The position numbers and the translations under genes are program-made. A stretch of DNA of 62,990 nt, counting the filler, from Catajapyx aquilonaris (lineage: Eukaryota), in assembly GCA_000934665.2 (NCBI GenBank). It is 3 parts of 3 records of this genome, joined end to end, with 100 filler letters (N's around TTAATTAATTAA, not from the genome) between each part and the next. Parts side by side here need not be neighbours in the genome. Positions count along the whole stretch, not along the records: positions 21,005 to 41,987 come from JYFJ02006167.1; 2 more parts are not named here. The stretch is one strand, 5' to 3'. Of the stretch, positions 24,865-36,923 are shown piece after piece. The notes under the pieces were generated by a model that saw only the letters and a list, made by a program, of their open reading frames with translations, made no database searches and was not told the origin of the DNA. Numbering within the stretch: position 1 is the stretch's first letter; each line of letters begins with the position of its first letter.

Positions 24865-25976
24865 GGTCGGGTGCACCAGTCGCGGTAGAAATGCGGCGTA
24901 CAAGATTTACCGATAACGGAGGGATCTCCGTAAAAATGATTTACCGACGGTGAATCCCCTGTGGGCGGTGCTCCAGTAAATTTTTTACGCCCCGTTCATC
25001 TCATACGGGGTAAACCATGGTGGCTATGAGAATCGAGGCGACCCAAGGTTTTTCCGGCGCTGCGATTGGTCAGTCTAGCTCTTGGGGGCGATCAGTCGTG
25101 GGTGGGGGTGGCAAGGCAATATGGCTGCGCCGATGAGAACGTTATTCCGCTCCTACTCATTGTGAGTTGTGACCCTAGCCATGGTGGGCACAGCAGCAGG
25201 GACCCGCGGGCGAAAGCAGGAGCAAGTGCTCATAGTAGACCTTGTTCTCCGGTACAAAGATGTTCTGGAGAACAAGGCTACAGATGCCACCAGTAATAAG
25301 GTGAAGGAGGAAGGGTGGCTCAAGTTGGAGGCCGATTTCAATGCGGCCTCCGAAATCAAGAAGACTGCGGCACAGCTGCGGGCTGCCTTCGACAACATGA
25401 AGAAGGCAGCGAGGAAGACTGCCGCAACTGCTAAAGTTGCAGTTTACAAGACTGGTGGGGGCAGTGCTGCCCCACAACCAGATGAGATAACGCTGAAAGT
25501 GCTGGGCATCATAGGCAAGTCAGCTGTGCCCTATGATGTCCAGCATGATGATGATGGCACTGGAGAGAGGGACGGTAGGTTCTGAGTGCTGGCAGGGATA
25601 GCAGTAGTGGAGTACAACATGAGCTCCATGAAGCAGTTGCTCCAAGCATCATATCAAAAAAGGAAAACCCTGCAGTTGGGAGTGCCTGCCAGCATACCTT
25701 TTAGATGAAAGAGTGGTATGTTTTTATTTTGTACTACAGTACTTCATATTAAGAAACACTACAATATAGTATCGAGTGTCTAAATGTGCCAATATTATTT
25801 TCTGCTTCAGCTGATGTTGGAAGCAGAACTACGGTTCAACCAGAGTTTTTCGTCCATGGAAAACACTTTAAATTCTGTCTTGGAAACTGAAACAGAGGCT
25901 TCCGAAGATAGAAACATACCTTGACCTGACCAATCACCTCACTTCCAACAGGGCTGCAATGCCCTTTGTTACTCAG
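24865..25976 (+). mobile_element. PIF/Harbinger-type element 5' part with Myb/SANT-like DNA-binding ORF (25169-25585) and decayed downstream exons
   Basis: EQVLIVDLVLRYKDVLENKATD...KEEGWLKLEADFN...TAAQLRAAFDNMKKAARK...YKTGGG is a Myb/SANT-like (MSANTD-type) signature. TTA|gggtcgggtgcacca resembles a Harbinger terminus. Confidence 0.72.
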
Positions 25977-26289
25977 GTAGGTGTGGTGATAACTTGTTTA
26001 TTAACTCACGCTTAACTGCATTTATCTTGCTAAAGGACAACTGGAATGTAAGATGGCTCTGGTGGGTTCTCATTTGAGTAGAAAGTTCGAGAGTGTGCGA
26101 GGGTGTTTTCATAAGCTCTTGTTTGGGCTTATAAATTACTACTCAATAAGGGAAACAAGTTGCAATACCCTGCACACCCATTCAAAAATAATAGCTATTG
26201 TCACAGGGCCCTTGGCAGTTCCAAAGCATCGTCATATATGTTGCAGATGTGACTTACGGGCATTACAACCCCGAAGGCACAGAATGCAA

Positions 26290-26525
26290 CGGACTGGGGC
26301 ATTTTTAAAGCACTTTTCCTAAAGCGATTCAGTCCCAGCCGCCGCGCCGCTTTGCAGATTTAATTGGCAATGTAAAGGGGATCAAAGCAGAAGAGCAAAG
26401 TGTCAACGAGTTTGCTACCGCATTAAGGAGGATGCAGGTGGACCTCCAAGCATGTGCCGATGCGCCGGGAGATAAGGCAACAGTAGAATTGGTAATTTTG
26501 TCGCAATTTCTTTCCGGCGTCATCG
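26290..26525 (+). mobile_element. Ty3/Gypsy-like gag capsid fragment
   Basis: Manual translation EEQSVNEFATALRRMQ...VELVILSQFLSGV resembles the gag Q..E.V.EF...LR...QF..G motif. Confidence 0.5.
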
Positions 26526-26670
26526 CTCCAAATTTTGAAGCCTGTACATTCGTCGGAAAGTGGTTCGCAAGCTAGAAAGGGTTGTCTTGGACTGGAATGC
26601 GAAGCAAATGAGAAGACTGAGGTAACAGGAAATAAGTATAGTTTCATATACCAAGTATAGTTCAGTATAC

Positions 26671-27264
26671 ATGGTGTTCCAACGTTCGGTAGCTGCTGCA
26701 CAACGTTCGGTAGCTGCTGCACAACGTTCGGTAGCTGCTGCACAACGTTCGGTAGCGGATGCACAACGTGCTATAGCTACGAACCAACGTGCTATAGCTG
26801 CGAACCAACGAGCTCTAGCAGCGAACCAACGTGCTATAGCTGCGAACCAACGAGCTATTGCTGCGAACCAACGCGCTATAGCTGCGAACCAACGCGCTAT
26901 AGCTGCGAACCAACGGGCTGTAGCTGCGAACCAACGAGCTATTGCTGCGAACCAACGAGCTATAGCTGCGAACCAACGGGCTGTAGCAGCAAACGAACGG
27001 GCTAGAGCAGCGAACGAACGGGCTAGAGCAGCAAACGAACGGGCTAGAGCAGCGAACCAACGGGCTATAGCTGCGAACCAACGAGCTATTGCTGCGAACC
27101 AACGGGCTGTAGCAGTGAACGAACGGGTTATAGCAGCGAACCAACGTGCTATAGCAGGTGCTGATGACCAACGGGCTGTGGAAGCTAACATCCTGGCTAT
27201 GGAAGCAGACCTCCGTGCTGTTGAAGCCGACAAACTGGCTGCAGCAGCTCAGCTGAGTCACTAG
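26671..27264 (+). CDS. Ala-rich heptad-repeat (QRAIAAN)n predicted coiled-coil ORF, 197 aa; possibly a decayed terminal exon
   Basis: 22 tandem 21-bp units (26680-27141) with variation mostly at third codon positions, followed by degenerate units, a stop and several AATAAA motifs. Confidence 0.5.
   Translation: MVFQRSVAAAQRSVAAAQRSVAAAQRSVADAQRAIATNQRAIAANQRALAANQRAIAANQRAIAANQRAIAANQRAIAANQRAVAANQRAIAANQRAIAANQRAVAANERARAANERARAANERARAANQRAIAANQRAIAANQRAVAVNERVIAANQRAIAGADDQRAVEANILAMEADLRAVEADKLAAAAQLSH
26680..27141. repeat. 21-bp minisatellite, 22 units
   Basis: Consensus about caacg(t/a/c/g)gctatagctgcgaac. Confidence 0.95.
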
Positions 27265-27344
27265 ATCATGTTAATAAGAAAAATAAAGAGTAATTAATAA
27301 AAAATGAATAAAGAGTAATTAATAAGAAAAACAAACTGAAGTTT

Positions 27345-27460
27345 ATTGTTCGATCCCCACCAGGGGTTCCCACCTTCTTTCGTGCAGAGTTGGGCCATCC
27401 CTGGCTTCGTTTCGGGTGGCAATTTCCGCTAGACAAAGCCACCCGGGGGAGTTTCACACG
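27345..27460 (+). mobile_element. tRNA-derived SINE family B fragment
   Basis: gttcgatccc B box plus body shared with the copies at 35890-36150 and 44428-44740. Confidence 0.7.
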
Positions 27461-27534
27461 GGGAGTTAAGCTGGGTGTTAGTTGCTGAAGAGGAAGATAC
27501 CGACGTAGGACAGTTAAGCGAAAATGTCGCTATA

Positions 27535-28080
27535 GGCGCATTCACACGAGCGACCTTTGGCCAGGAAGTTTCCTGGCCAAAGGTCGCCAGAACCGCTCAC
27601 ACGCAAGTGGCCAGGTTCGGCCAGGTTTAAAAGGTGGCCAGGCTGGCGACCTTCCTACAGCTCGCCAGGATCGTGTCCAAGGGTAACGCAGGCGCAGCGC
27701 AGGCCTCCCTTCAAGAAAAAGATGGCGGCGGCCAAGGCTCGACCCTGGGATAGGGATGAGAACCTGGCCCTCCTGGACATCTGGGGGCAGCCCAGGTGCC
27801 AGGAGGAACTTAAAAACGCCACGAGAAACAAAGTGGTGTATGGTCATATTGCCAGTGACAGTACGGCAGTGCGATGCAGGGAAAAAATTAGGAAGTTACT
27901 CCGGCAATACCATGCCGTAAAAAAAGGCGAGGAATAACTCGGGAGCTGGCTGGACCGAGTGGGAGCACTTTGACAGGATTGACGAGGTGCTCGGTGGGAG
28001 ACATTCAGAGAGGCCCCCTTTTTTGCTGGAGTCGACCCCTGCTGCTCTCACAAGCCAAACAGATCCAATCGCCCAACGTA
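27535..28080 (+). mobile_element. Harbinger-type element 5' part with frameshifted trihelix Myb/SANT-like ORF (ATG 27722)
   Basis: PWDRDENLALLDIWGQ...RNKVVYGHIA...CREKIRKLLRQY, then WEHFDRIDEVLG in another frame. Terminus-like ggcgcattcacacg followed by a palindrome with 18-bp arms (27550-27587). Confidence 0.72.
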
Positions 28081-28454
28081 AGGTACCTGCCTAACCCATG
28101 GGAGGGTAACCAAGGAAATAAAATATGCTGTAAACGTTTCGCTCATTACAAATGATGTTATCAGCTCGGACGAGGAATCCGCAGAGCCTCAAGTGGACAC
28201 ATCAGTTTTGGAAGGTATGCTCGGGTCTTGTGGTAGCTAAGCTGGGTTACTAAACCCAGCACAAGTGGTCATGCCCCACCTTCACTGCAATTTTGGAATA
28301 GAGAGGCCAGAGCACCCAGTCAATGTACAAGTGAAACTTGTTGAGCATCTCCCATCCTGCTTCTCTCCGTCATCTTTTTCTCCGCCAAATTTTTCTTCCC
28401 CTTTCTTCTCTCTGCCCGTTCCCTGCCCGTGACCTGTCCCACCCGCTCTTCAAC

Positions 28455-28610
28455 ATGTCTCGCAACAGAGGGCCGGAATACGAAGCCGAATGCGAACGGT
28501 TGATTACGATCGTGAAGGACGCCCCAGCAATATGGAGCCCAGAGCACAAGGACCACAAAGACAAGACGTACATCGCCGCCCTTTGGGCACAGATAGCCAT
28601 GTTTGCACAC
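28455..28610 (+). mobile_element. MADF-domain fragment (transposon accessory type)
   Basis: ERLITIVKDAPAIWSPEHKDHKDK....ALWAQIA matches the MADF LI..V...P.LW......Y......W..IA pattern; truncated by the hAT fragment that follows. Confidence 0.65.
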
Positions 28611-28639
28611 GCGGCAAACCGAGGCGATGCGACAAATAT

Positions 28640-29700
28640 GCGAGCAGGTCGAGGACACAACTCGACCAAGTATGATCGTGAATTGGAAAGGAAGTGGATG
28701 TTTGGTCCAAATAAATGTCGTGGTTGTAAGGAATATGTTCAGCACGACATTGCCACATGTCTGACAAACGTCTGAGAAACGACTGGGACACGTGGGTGCC
28801 AACTTATAGAGCCTGGGCCAGAGACGAGTATTTGGTTCCGGCCACAGGGAATGTATACTGCTTCCCATGCGTGCTATTTACTGAAACATCTACAGGCCGA
28901 ACTCAATTATCTGTGGAGGGATTTTCACACTGGAAGAATGCCTCGATGCGAATTAAAACGCACGAAGACAGTGCAACGCATCGGGCATGTGTGCAGACAA
29001 TGATCTGTAGACGTCGTACACATGGTCGTGTCGACACCGCTTTAGAAATTGAGTTCAAAAGCGAACAAGACTACTGAATGAAAGTTCTGCAAAGAGTAGT
29101 GGCAGTGATCAAATTCCTCTCATCACGTGGATTAGCTTTTCGCGGTGATACAGAACTCCTTGCTTCTCAACATAATGGCAACTACTTGGGAATCGCGTAG
29201 TACGACCCTTTTCTAAGTCCTCATTTGGCCAAATATGGTAATCAAGGTCGAGGAAAGCCCTCCTATTTATCTTCCACAATTTGCGAGGAAGTAATCGAGA
29301 TAATGGGAAATGAAGTTTTACAAATCATTGTAAAGGAAATTCAGGAAGCAAAGTACTTTTCTCTGAGCGCTGATTCGACACCAGACATATCTCATATTGA
29401 CCAATTGACTATAGTGCTTAGATATGTTGGAGTATCAGATGGTGAAGTAGTAGAACGTTTTCTCACATTCATCCCCATGGCAAGCCACATTGGAAAGCGC
29501 TTGCCACCACTGTTTTGACCTTTTTAGACAAATGCGGCATTGACATTAAAAACCTGAGAGGACAATCTTATGATAATAATGCAGTCAGGGTGTTACAATG
29601 GTCTTCAAGCGCACATTGCCAAGATAAATCATCTTGCATACTACATTCCGTGCGCAGCACATTCACTCAATTTGGTTGGAGTACGTGGTGTAGAAAGCAA
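28640..29700 (+). pseudogene. hAT transposase (ZMYM1/DUF4371-like) pseudogene fragment
   Basis: VYCFPCVLF...GFSHWKN...HEDSATH...FLSSRGLAFRG...NGNYLG...YLSSTICEE...KYFSLSADSTPDISHIDQLTIVLRYV...LRGQSYDN...CAAHSLNL, with stops and frameshifts. Confidence 0.88.
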
Positions 29701-30668
29701 TCTCATTCTTCGGGCTTGTGCAAGAAATCAACCCACCGTTGGGCGATTTTATAACTCGAAAACTCCTGCCACTCTCAGGGTAATATTAGTGGGTGGTACT
29801 ACGCATTGGGCTCCCAACCTGACACACAAGGGGGATGGTGCAGGACAGGTCGATGTAGGCTGTAATGTGTCTACAAAATTTCGAGTTAATTCTAAGGTTC
29901 TCCCCCGATCACCCTGTATACATTGCATTGCATTATTGTTTTTTCCATTGCTAGTTCTAATCCTGGTCGGTTTAGCTGGCATATGCACGGGGACATTTTG
30001 TATGCTAATTTCAATATCTGGTCTGTGGGTGCTAATACGAAGGGTATGTTAAAATAAAACACCGTCATTGAGGTGCTGTGAACTCGAATGGCGACGCTTT
30101 TACTTTGCAGCCACCTACAGGACTTATTGGTCACAGAGTCAAAGTGATGTGGCTTGCAAGTCAAGGCGGTTGGTTGACCTTGATTGCCATCTACACTGCT
30201 GCCCTAATTTTTCTCGATCCGTCATCTCTGCAAACTGCAGGGGGTCTTGCCTTAGTTCTTGGACTGGTATATTCGTTAATTATGTGGATATGGGTGGCAA
30301 ATCTGATGAATCATCATTTGTATCAGGTGCGTGCAATGTTGCATGTAGGTCAAAATACAGGGTGATTCTCTCCTCTCCGTCCAACCAACTGCAGCTCGAC
30401 TTCATGTCTCTCAGGAGAAGGATAAGACGGGGGGAAACTGCAAAATCGTCAAGCAGAATAGGTTTTTTTTCTGTCCAGAAAAAGAGGGAAAGCAAAAAAA
30501 AAAAAAATGTAAGAAAGCGGAAGGTAAGGAGGAAATGGAGTTCGAAGAAATACTGTTAGGGAAACCCGTTCTTGTGATAAATTCAGCTCAAAATAACTTG
30601 GATCACACATACTGATGGCGAAAGTTATTTTGGGCTGAATTTACTAATAAATTCAGCCAGAAAATTAT

Positions 30669-30900
30669 GCAGGACACTTTCATTATGCAAAGTGCGCCCA
30701 TCTGTATGTCCAGGAGATGCAAGAACTCCAGGAAAAAATTCCCCCAGAAGAATATCACAAGTTTACTGTTCAGGGATACTTCAGCATCAGGAGGAGTGAC
30801 AAGTTCTGGAGTGGAATGTGAAGCGATATGATTATAGAGCAGCAACTAATGCGGGCCATGAAGACTTCAGGTGGACTAACTAGAGGTCGTGGTATAACAC
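30669..30900 (+). mobile_element. Academ-type transposase fragment
   Basis: AGHFHYAKCAHLYVQEM...GYFSIRRSDKFWSGM*SDMIIEQQLMRAMKTSGGLTRGRGIT. Confidence 0.65.
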
Positions 30901-31018
30901 AACTTGGATCCCACGAAACCAGCAGAGGCCTGGAGGTTTTGAGCTGGTCGGTGCGATGGGACCTGGAGCTGGCCAATGACCCTGGACAGGGCCCTGATGG
31001 CCCAGGATGGACTGACGA

Positions 31019-31092
31019 CTGGTGGTCTGAGCTTATGGTGGACTGATGTCTGGTGGTCTGAGCTTATGGTGGACTGATGTCTGGTGGTCTGG
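31019..31092. repeat. 31-bp tandem repeat (about 2.4 copies)
   Basis: ctggtggtctgagcttatggtggactgatgt repeated. Confidence 0.85.
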
Positions 31093-31203
31093 ATGCTTGG
31101 TGGCAGCCAAGTTGATGTTTTTATTTTGTATTAATTATGTTAATGTTGAATGAATTGGCTGTTGGGCCTTATGGGCATGGTCGGTCAAATAAATTCCGAA
31201 TAA

Positions 31204-32100
31204 GTGGGAGAGGACACCGATCTGTTGGTCCTGCTCACTTTTCATGTTGCTGTCTTTGAAGAGCCCATCTCCAACATGTTCCTCATCAAACCCGGGAAGC
31301 AGAACCAGGAAACTGGCGTTTACAGTCCGAGCAATTGCCGGCTGCCTGAAGACATGAGGAAGCATGCCCTGTTTCTCCATGCCTTCACGGGGTGCGACAC
31401 TACATCCGTATTTTTCCGCCAGGGGAAAATGAAATTGTTCATGATATCCATGGCAGACCAAAACCTCCTTCATCAGGCCGCAATTTTTCTTGACCCGATT
31501 GCAACTCCTGATCAAGTTGCAGAGGCAGGCGTTCACTTCATAAAAACCTTGTACACGGGAGTCAGCAGCAAGTCCCTCAATCAAGTGAGGTTTGACATCT
31601 TCCAGAGGTCGCTTTCATAAAAGAATTTCAACTTGGCGTGCTTGCCTCCTACAGGAGTGGCTGCTCGCCAGCACTCCTTCAGAGCTTATTTACATGTGCA
31701 GGTATGGAGGAGTAATGTTCCAGAGAGATGGGGATGGAAAATAACCACCAATGGGTTAACTCCCATCACAACGACTGATCCACCGGCCCCACAAGAACTT
31801 CTCAACTCCATATCGTGCACATGTAAAAAAGGGTGCAAAGCAGCTTGCTCCTGTAGGAAGGCAGGAATAAAATGCACCACCATCTGCATAACCTGCAATG
31901 GGCACGCATACCTCAATTCCTTCTCTGAAGACAAGGATGTTATACTGGATGCATCCCAGTGTGGCGGTGAGATTGATATCATCGAAGGAGAGCAAGAAAT
32001 GAATCCTCATTCTCAAGATTCCGAGGATGAGGACCTAGATGACGTGATCGGCGAAGAGCGACCGTATTCTCCTAAACGGCGAAAGATATCGTCAACATGA
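31204..32100 (+). pseudogene. Academ (AcademX-type) C-terminal XPG-like nuclease plus Cys-rich zinc finger fragment, one internal stop
   Basis: GEDTDLLVLL...FLHAFTGCDTTS...GK...LPPT..AARQHSFRAY..VQVW...WGW...CTCKKGC..ACSCRKAGIKCT.IC..C. ORFs 31204..31620 and 31633..32100 are in the same frame. Confidence 0.75.
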
Positions 32101-32261
32101 GTACCTTGTACATCTTTCATATTATGATCTGTCATGTACACAAGTTATACTGTTATCGTTTACATGTATACATATTTTGTTACCTTCAATTAAACAGTAT
32201 TCAATGAAACAGGGTGGTAGTGGGTGGTGTAATTACACGGAAGACTCAATCCTCTTCGCAA

Positions 32262-32470
32262 TTTGCGCCTGAAAGGTCACGCTAAGGAGGAGGTTCGCAC
32301 CTACAACCAACAATGTAAGAAGACGGGCGGTGGGCCTCCACCACCAGAATAGTCGGAGGAGACAGCCAAGCTGGTGGACACTCTGCCCAAAGGAGAGTTT
32401 GTTGTGCCAGTCAATTTTTACGACTCCAACTATGATATAAATGAAGTTCGTGTCAGTCCACACACCAACT
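32262..32470 (+). mobile_element. Third Myb/SANT-like accessory protein fragment (C-terminal part)
   Basis: LKGHAKEEVRTYNQQCKKTGGGPPPPE*...FYDS, with the same KTGGG signature as the 25169 ORF. Confidence 0.55.
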
Positions 32471-34544
32471 GTGTAAGTAGCTATAGCCTGCCCCACACAA
32501 GGCTTACTTACAAGAAATGTCAATAACATGGCATTGCATGACATGGCAATAGCCATGATGACATGACCAGTATTTTGATGCGGGTAAAGGAAATGCAAGA
32601 CAAGTCAGAGACCCAGACTTTTACAACAGATAATTAATTAATTAATTAATTTTTAAAAAAACTAGGTGAAGGTCGTGGTGGAAGAGATGCAGCATGTCAG
32701 TCCTGGAACCACCGGAAGACATTCGGTCCAACATAAAAACTATGTGGTGCCAGTTGTCTGATGGGCTCTGGCAATTGATTGGACACCATCTCTTCTCCTC
32801 ATGCGTCGCATGCACTTGTCCAGTCCAGTCCATAGATAGCATGGTGTGATTGGATCCTTACCCTCAGTCTAACCAGCAAGTATGTGTAGCGAGCTTTATC
32901 ATTTGCATTCCTTTACTTGACCCAACCATCGCTAAACTTGGACTGCACAACAGGACCCAACAGTGCACAATGAAACCAGCATTCTACCAAAGACTGCCCC
33001 TTCTTGCAGGTACAAGTTCTTCTTGAATGAAGGTCATCCCAGAGATCTCCTTCCCCCCTCCTGCCCTAGCTGTTGTCCCCGCCAGTACCCCGCAAGGATC
33101 TCTTGATGGTTAGGGGATTGATGCCCTTCCCAACCCTTTGCCCCTGAAGACCCCCAGGATGACCCCACGAAGTATTTCTGCTAAAACTCCTCTCTTAATT
33201 ATTTGTTAAAATGTGGCTGCAATCACTGAAGCTGTTGGCTGGCTTCTTCAGCAAACTGTGAACGCTTGGGCACTTGCCATAATGTCCTAATTCTTGAACA
33301 GGAACCACTGCTTTCAGGTGTTACTGAAGTGCAGTATGCAGAGGGCACCGAAGTCAATAAATAGCTGGCAACCCTGTGCTGGAGGGTTGAAATTCCCCAT
33401 TCATGGTGAATTCACGTTGACCATCTCACATCCCATAATGCAGCAATGTCTTCAAGAGGTTATGAACTTCCAGGGTGGTTGCTGTTCCACAAAGCAGGTG
33501 AATGACTTCAGAGAAGATAGAGCCAAACGCAGCAGCTCTGATGAAAGTGGCAGCGTAGCAGGCAGCTTCATGTTCCTTCACACCACCAGGGCCTTTCATC
33601 TTCTACAAGCCCACGGGTTGATCGCAATGGATCTGCAGGTTTCTCAGGTACAGAATGGCATCCTTACTAGCTTCAAACAAACCTGGAAAAGAGATTCAGC
33701 AATTAATACACAGTGACAACAGGCATCACCTAACCAACATTTGCCAAGGCGTTACATGGACAGTTAATTTACATGCTAGGCATACTGAACTACACTTCTA
33801 TGGCATAATAATTCAGTTTTTCATTGCCAATGACACAAGTGGCTTATTTTGGCACTTGCCAAATGGCAATGTCCACACAACTGACCAACCAAGTCGAGTA
33901 AAAAATTCACTGTAACTTTGCTTGACAACCTCATCCAAGACTTTGCAACAGATGTACAAACTACAGTCGGTGGAAGTTATTCATCTGGTATTTTCTTGCA
34001 TAAGTTTATTGGGAGAAATGGCTGGTAATACCCATATTTAAATGTGATTTCACAAAATGAGATATATTTCTTCAATCATTAGCACTGTCATGGAAAATAA
34101 ATATGACCTGCATGTTATCATTTTGGAAAAAGATTTAGCTCCACAAATGTACACCAGCAGATTATTTGAAAGCGCTCCGATCCTAAAAGAATTTTGTGGC
34201 AAATATTTTCTGGAACTATAGGCCTATTTCCTTAATGTAATCCAACATTGTAATATACAAAAAATGCATGATAAAATGTAATATACAACAAATGCGTATG
34301 ACATGAAAATGTCACGTTCAACAAATACATATGACCATTAGGTCTTAGTATGACATGAAAATGTGACATCCAAAAAATGGGTCTGACATATTGTGACATA
34401 CAAAAATGAGTTCGACATAAAAATGTCACATTTGAGGTACACCCTGCCGGGAAATGTCATTCTGCCACCATGAAAACATGACGCATATGCTGGAGTAAAT
34501 GCAGCGGTTTTTCTGCCTTTCCCCCCGTTGCATTGGTATGTTGG

Positions 34545-34783
34545 ACCTAACCAAGATCTGAACCGCCCCGAACCTCCGTCCGGAACCGGGTTCAATTCTG
34601 GAGGGGTTGGTCCGAACCAAAAGCCGGACCAAGCTGGCAAGCTCCCAACCAAACTCCGCACCAGCTCCAACCTTGGCTCCACTCTCCCCCTGAACCGGCT
34701 CGAACCCGAACCAAGCTCCTACGCTCGCTCCGGACCCAGCTCTACTGCTCCGAAGCAAGGGTTCGGTTAGGGTCACAACCCTG
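34545..34783. mobile_element. Partial copy of the hAT MITE at 39894-40217
   Basis: Shared gaaccg/ggttc repeats and terminus cacaaccctg. Confidence 0.7.
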
Positions 34784-35889
34784 GATTCATTGGAAGAATT
34801 AATGAAAAAAACTCAATAAATGTCGCCCCATGGGGAATGGCGAACTACCCTTCATTTTGAAAACTACATAATAAATTCGCCCATATTTTTTGGATTTTTT
34901 TGGCATATTCAGTTTTAATAAATCAGTTTCAGTTCCGGAGTAATTAGGGTTTTTTCTAAGGGAAATGGTGACATCACTGTTTCCCTCGAAAATGTTGACG
35001 TCCCACGAAGTGAAATGTTATACCAGTGAATCTTAAAAAATTATTTTGCTTGGTTGCATTATCATGCAATTCATAATAATTCAATTAATTATTATGAATT
35101 ATTATTATATTATTATTATCATGCAACCAACACGGCCGCACGAGACAACGGGTTAATTGAGGCAATCAATAAAATATTAATTTTTTTTTTACATAAGAGA
35201 CTTGCATTTCTCATCAATGTGTTCTTTATCCCTTCATCTCCGGTGGAAGTTTGAGCTACTTTTGAACATTTCTTTCAATCACCCTTTGCATGGTGTAACA
35301 CAAGATCCAGTACCGTGAATTTTAGTTCTTCAGGTCTTACTGCACCACACAAGGACACTTGCAGTCACAAGTTCACCCCCCAAAAAAATCATCAGATAAT
35401 CAAATGATGATCGTAGAGCCTAAATGAGACGAGTTACTGGCGTGGTGTAAGTATAAACTAAAAACAGTTCCACTGCACATAAATGATCGGTGCACCCTAC
35501 ATGTCAGCTCATATCATGATAATTTTTTAGGGTTTTCCTTAATATGTTAAATGACAATTTGTCAGATATTGCCTAATTACATTCCCCATTCAGACATCAA
35601 GATTCGAGAATCACAACTTTCCAGTTTTCCCTACGGCAAATAGGCACACTATAATTTTGATAGTTTTTATTGCATTTTAAATAGAAATCCTAGCAAACTG
35701 CTGCCTTCACTGGAGCTGAGATTAACTTAATTCATGTGAATGCATTGCTGGTTTCCAATTGTACTGCACAATTTAATGAGTTGCCATACTCTGTAATTGA
35801 CATTGCACAATAATTTATTTCCTGAAATGTTTCTTTTCCCTGGGTACTTTGAATAGATTTTTAAAACACGACTATATTCAAATTGCCAA

Positions 35890-36150
35890 GGGAGGCGAAG
35901 TAGTGCTGCAGTAACGCATGCAACCACAGATGTCCAGGTCCCGGGATCAAATCCTGCCCGGGGACATCCCCTTCATCTCGTGCAGAGTTTAAGGCCATCT
36001 CTGACTTCGTCTCGGGTGGTATTTCCAATAGACTAAACCACCCGGGGGAGTTCACAAAATAACATAAGCAACTGTCCTGCACTGCACCTTGCATCCAGGC
36101 GTTATGGTAAAAGGGCCATCTTATACTAGCTGTAATACAAAAGCAAATAA
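35890..36150 (+). mobile_element. tRNA-derived SINE family B
   Basis: Degenerate B box gggatcaaatcc; body catctcgtgcagagtt...cgggtgg...ccacccggggg matches the 44428 copy. Confidence 0.75.
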
Positions 36151-36479
36151 AGGTACTGTGCCGGATGCCCATTGGGCGGAGCACTAAACCCAATATTATC
36201 ATCATCATCATATTCAAACTGCCAGAAAAATTACTCCCAATGAGAATCCTATACATAATTGGATCCTTAAAAACCCAGAAATTTGGATGTAGCTCAAAGT
36301 CAAGAAAAATTCATGTGCAATTAATCAATGAAGCCCTTATTAAATGCTCCTGGGAAAAATGTTTAGTTTCATGACTAATTCAATTTTGAAAGACATCTCT
36401 CGATATGAATAATGCTGTTTTCCTTGGAATCATATTAATTGCACTGATAAGTATGGCTTATCAGACAGTACACAACCTA

Positions 36480-36923
36480 CCGTATTTACTCGCATATAAG
36501 ACGCACACGCGTATAAGACGCACCCCGGTTTTGAGGCGAAAAATCGGGGGAAATCGGTTGTTGACTCATATAAGACGCACCCAGATTTATTGCCGTAGTT
36601 TGGGAACTGGTCTCGCAATGCATGTGCAATGCATGTGCGTGTCACCGGAATTGTGCACGTGTGGGGACGGGGAGAGCATATCAATGGAAGTGAAGGAGAA
36701 ACGCAGGTCGTACCGTGCCGATTTCAAGAGGAAAGTGATCAACTGTGTTGACAAGACATCAAACAGACAAGCTTAAATTTTTCAATAAACGATTTTCACG
36801 ATTTCTCACGGGTTTCACCCGTTGTGCCCTGCCGTATAAGACGCACACGCGTATAAGACGCACCCTACTTTTTGAGCTACAAAAATCGGAAAAAAAGTGC
36901 GTCTTATATGCGAGTAAATACGG
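36480..36923 (+). mobile_element. pogo/Tigger-type non-autonomous element retaining the transposase N-terminus
   Basis: TA|ccgtatttactcgcatataagacgcac ... gtgcgtcttatatgcgagtaaatacgg|TA; internal KRRSYRADFKRKVI...NRQA (Brinker-type HTH start). Confidence 0.88.

Noticed and set aside
26680..27141. Possible CRISPR-like array
   Set aside because: Head-to-tail 21-bp units with no unique spacers, no cas genes, and a eukaryotic context.
26520..27233. Minus-strand 237-aa (ARWFAAI)n ORF
   Set aside because: Antisense shadow of the repeat. Its substitutions are radical, and the polyA signals favour the + frame.
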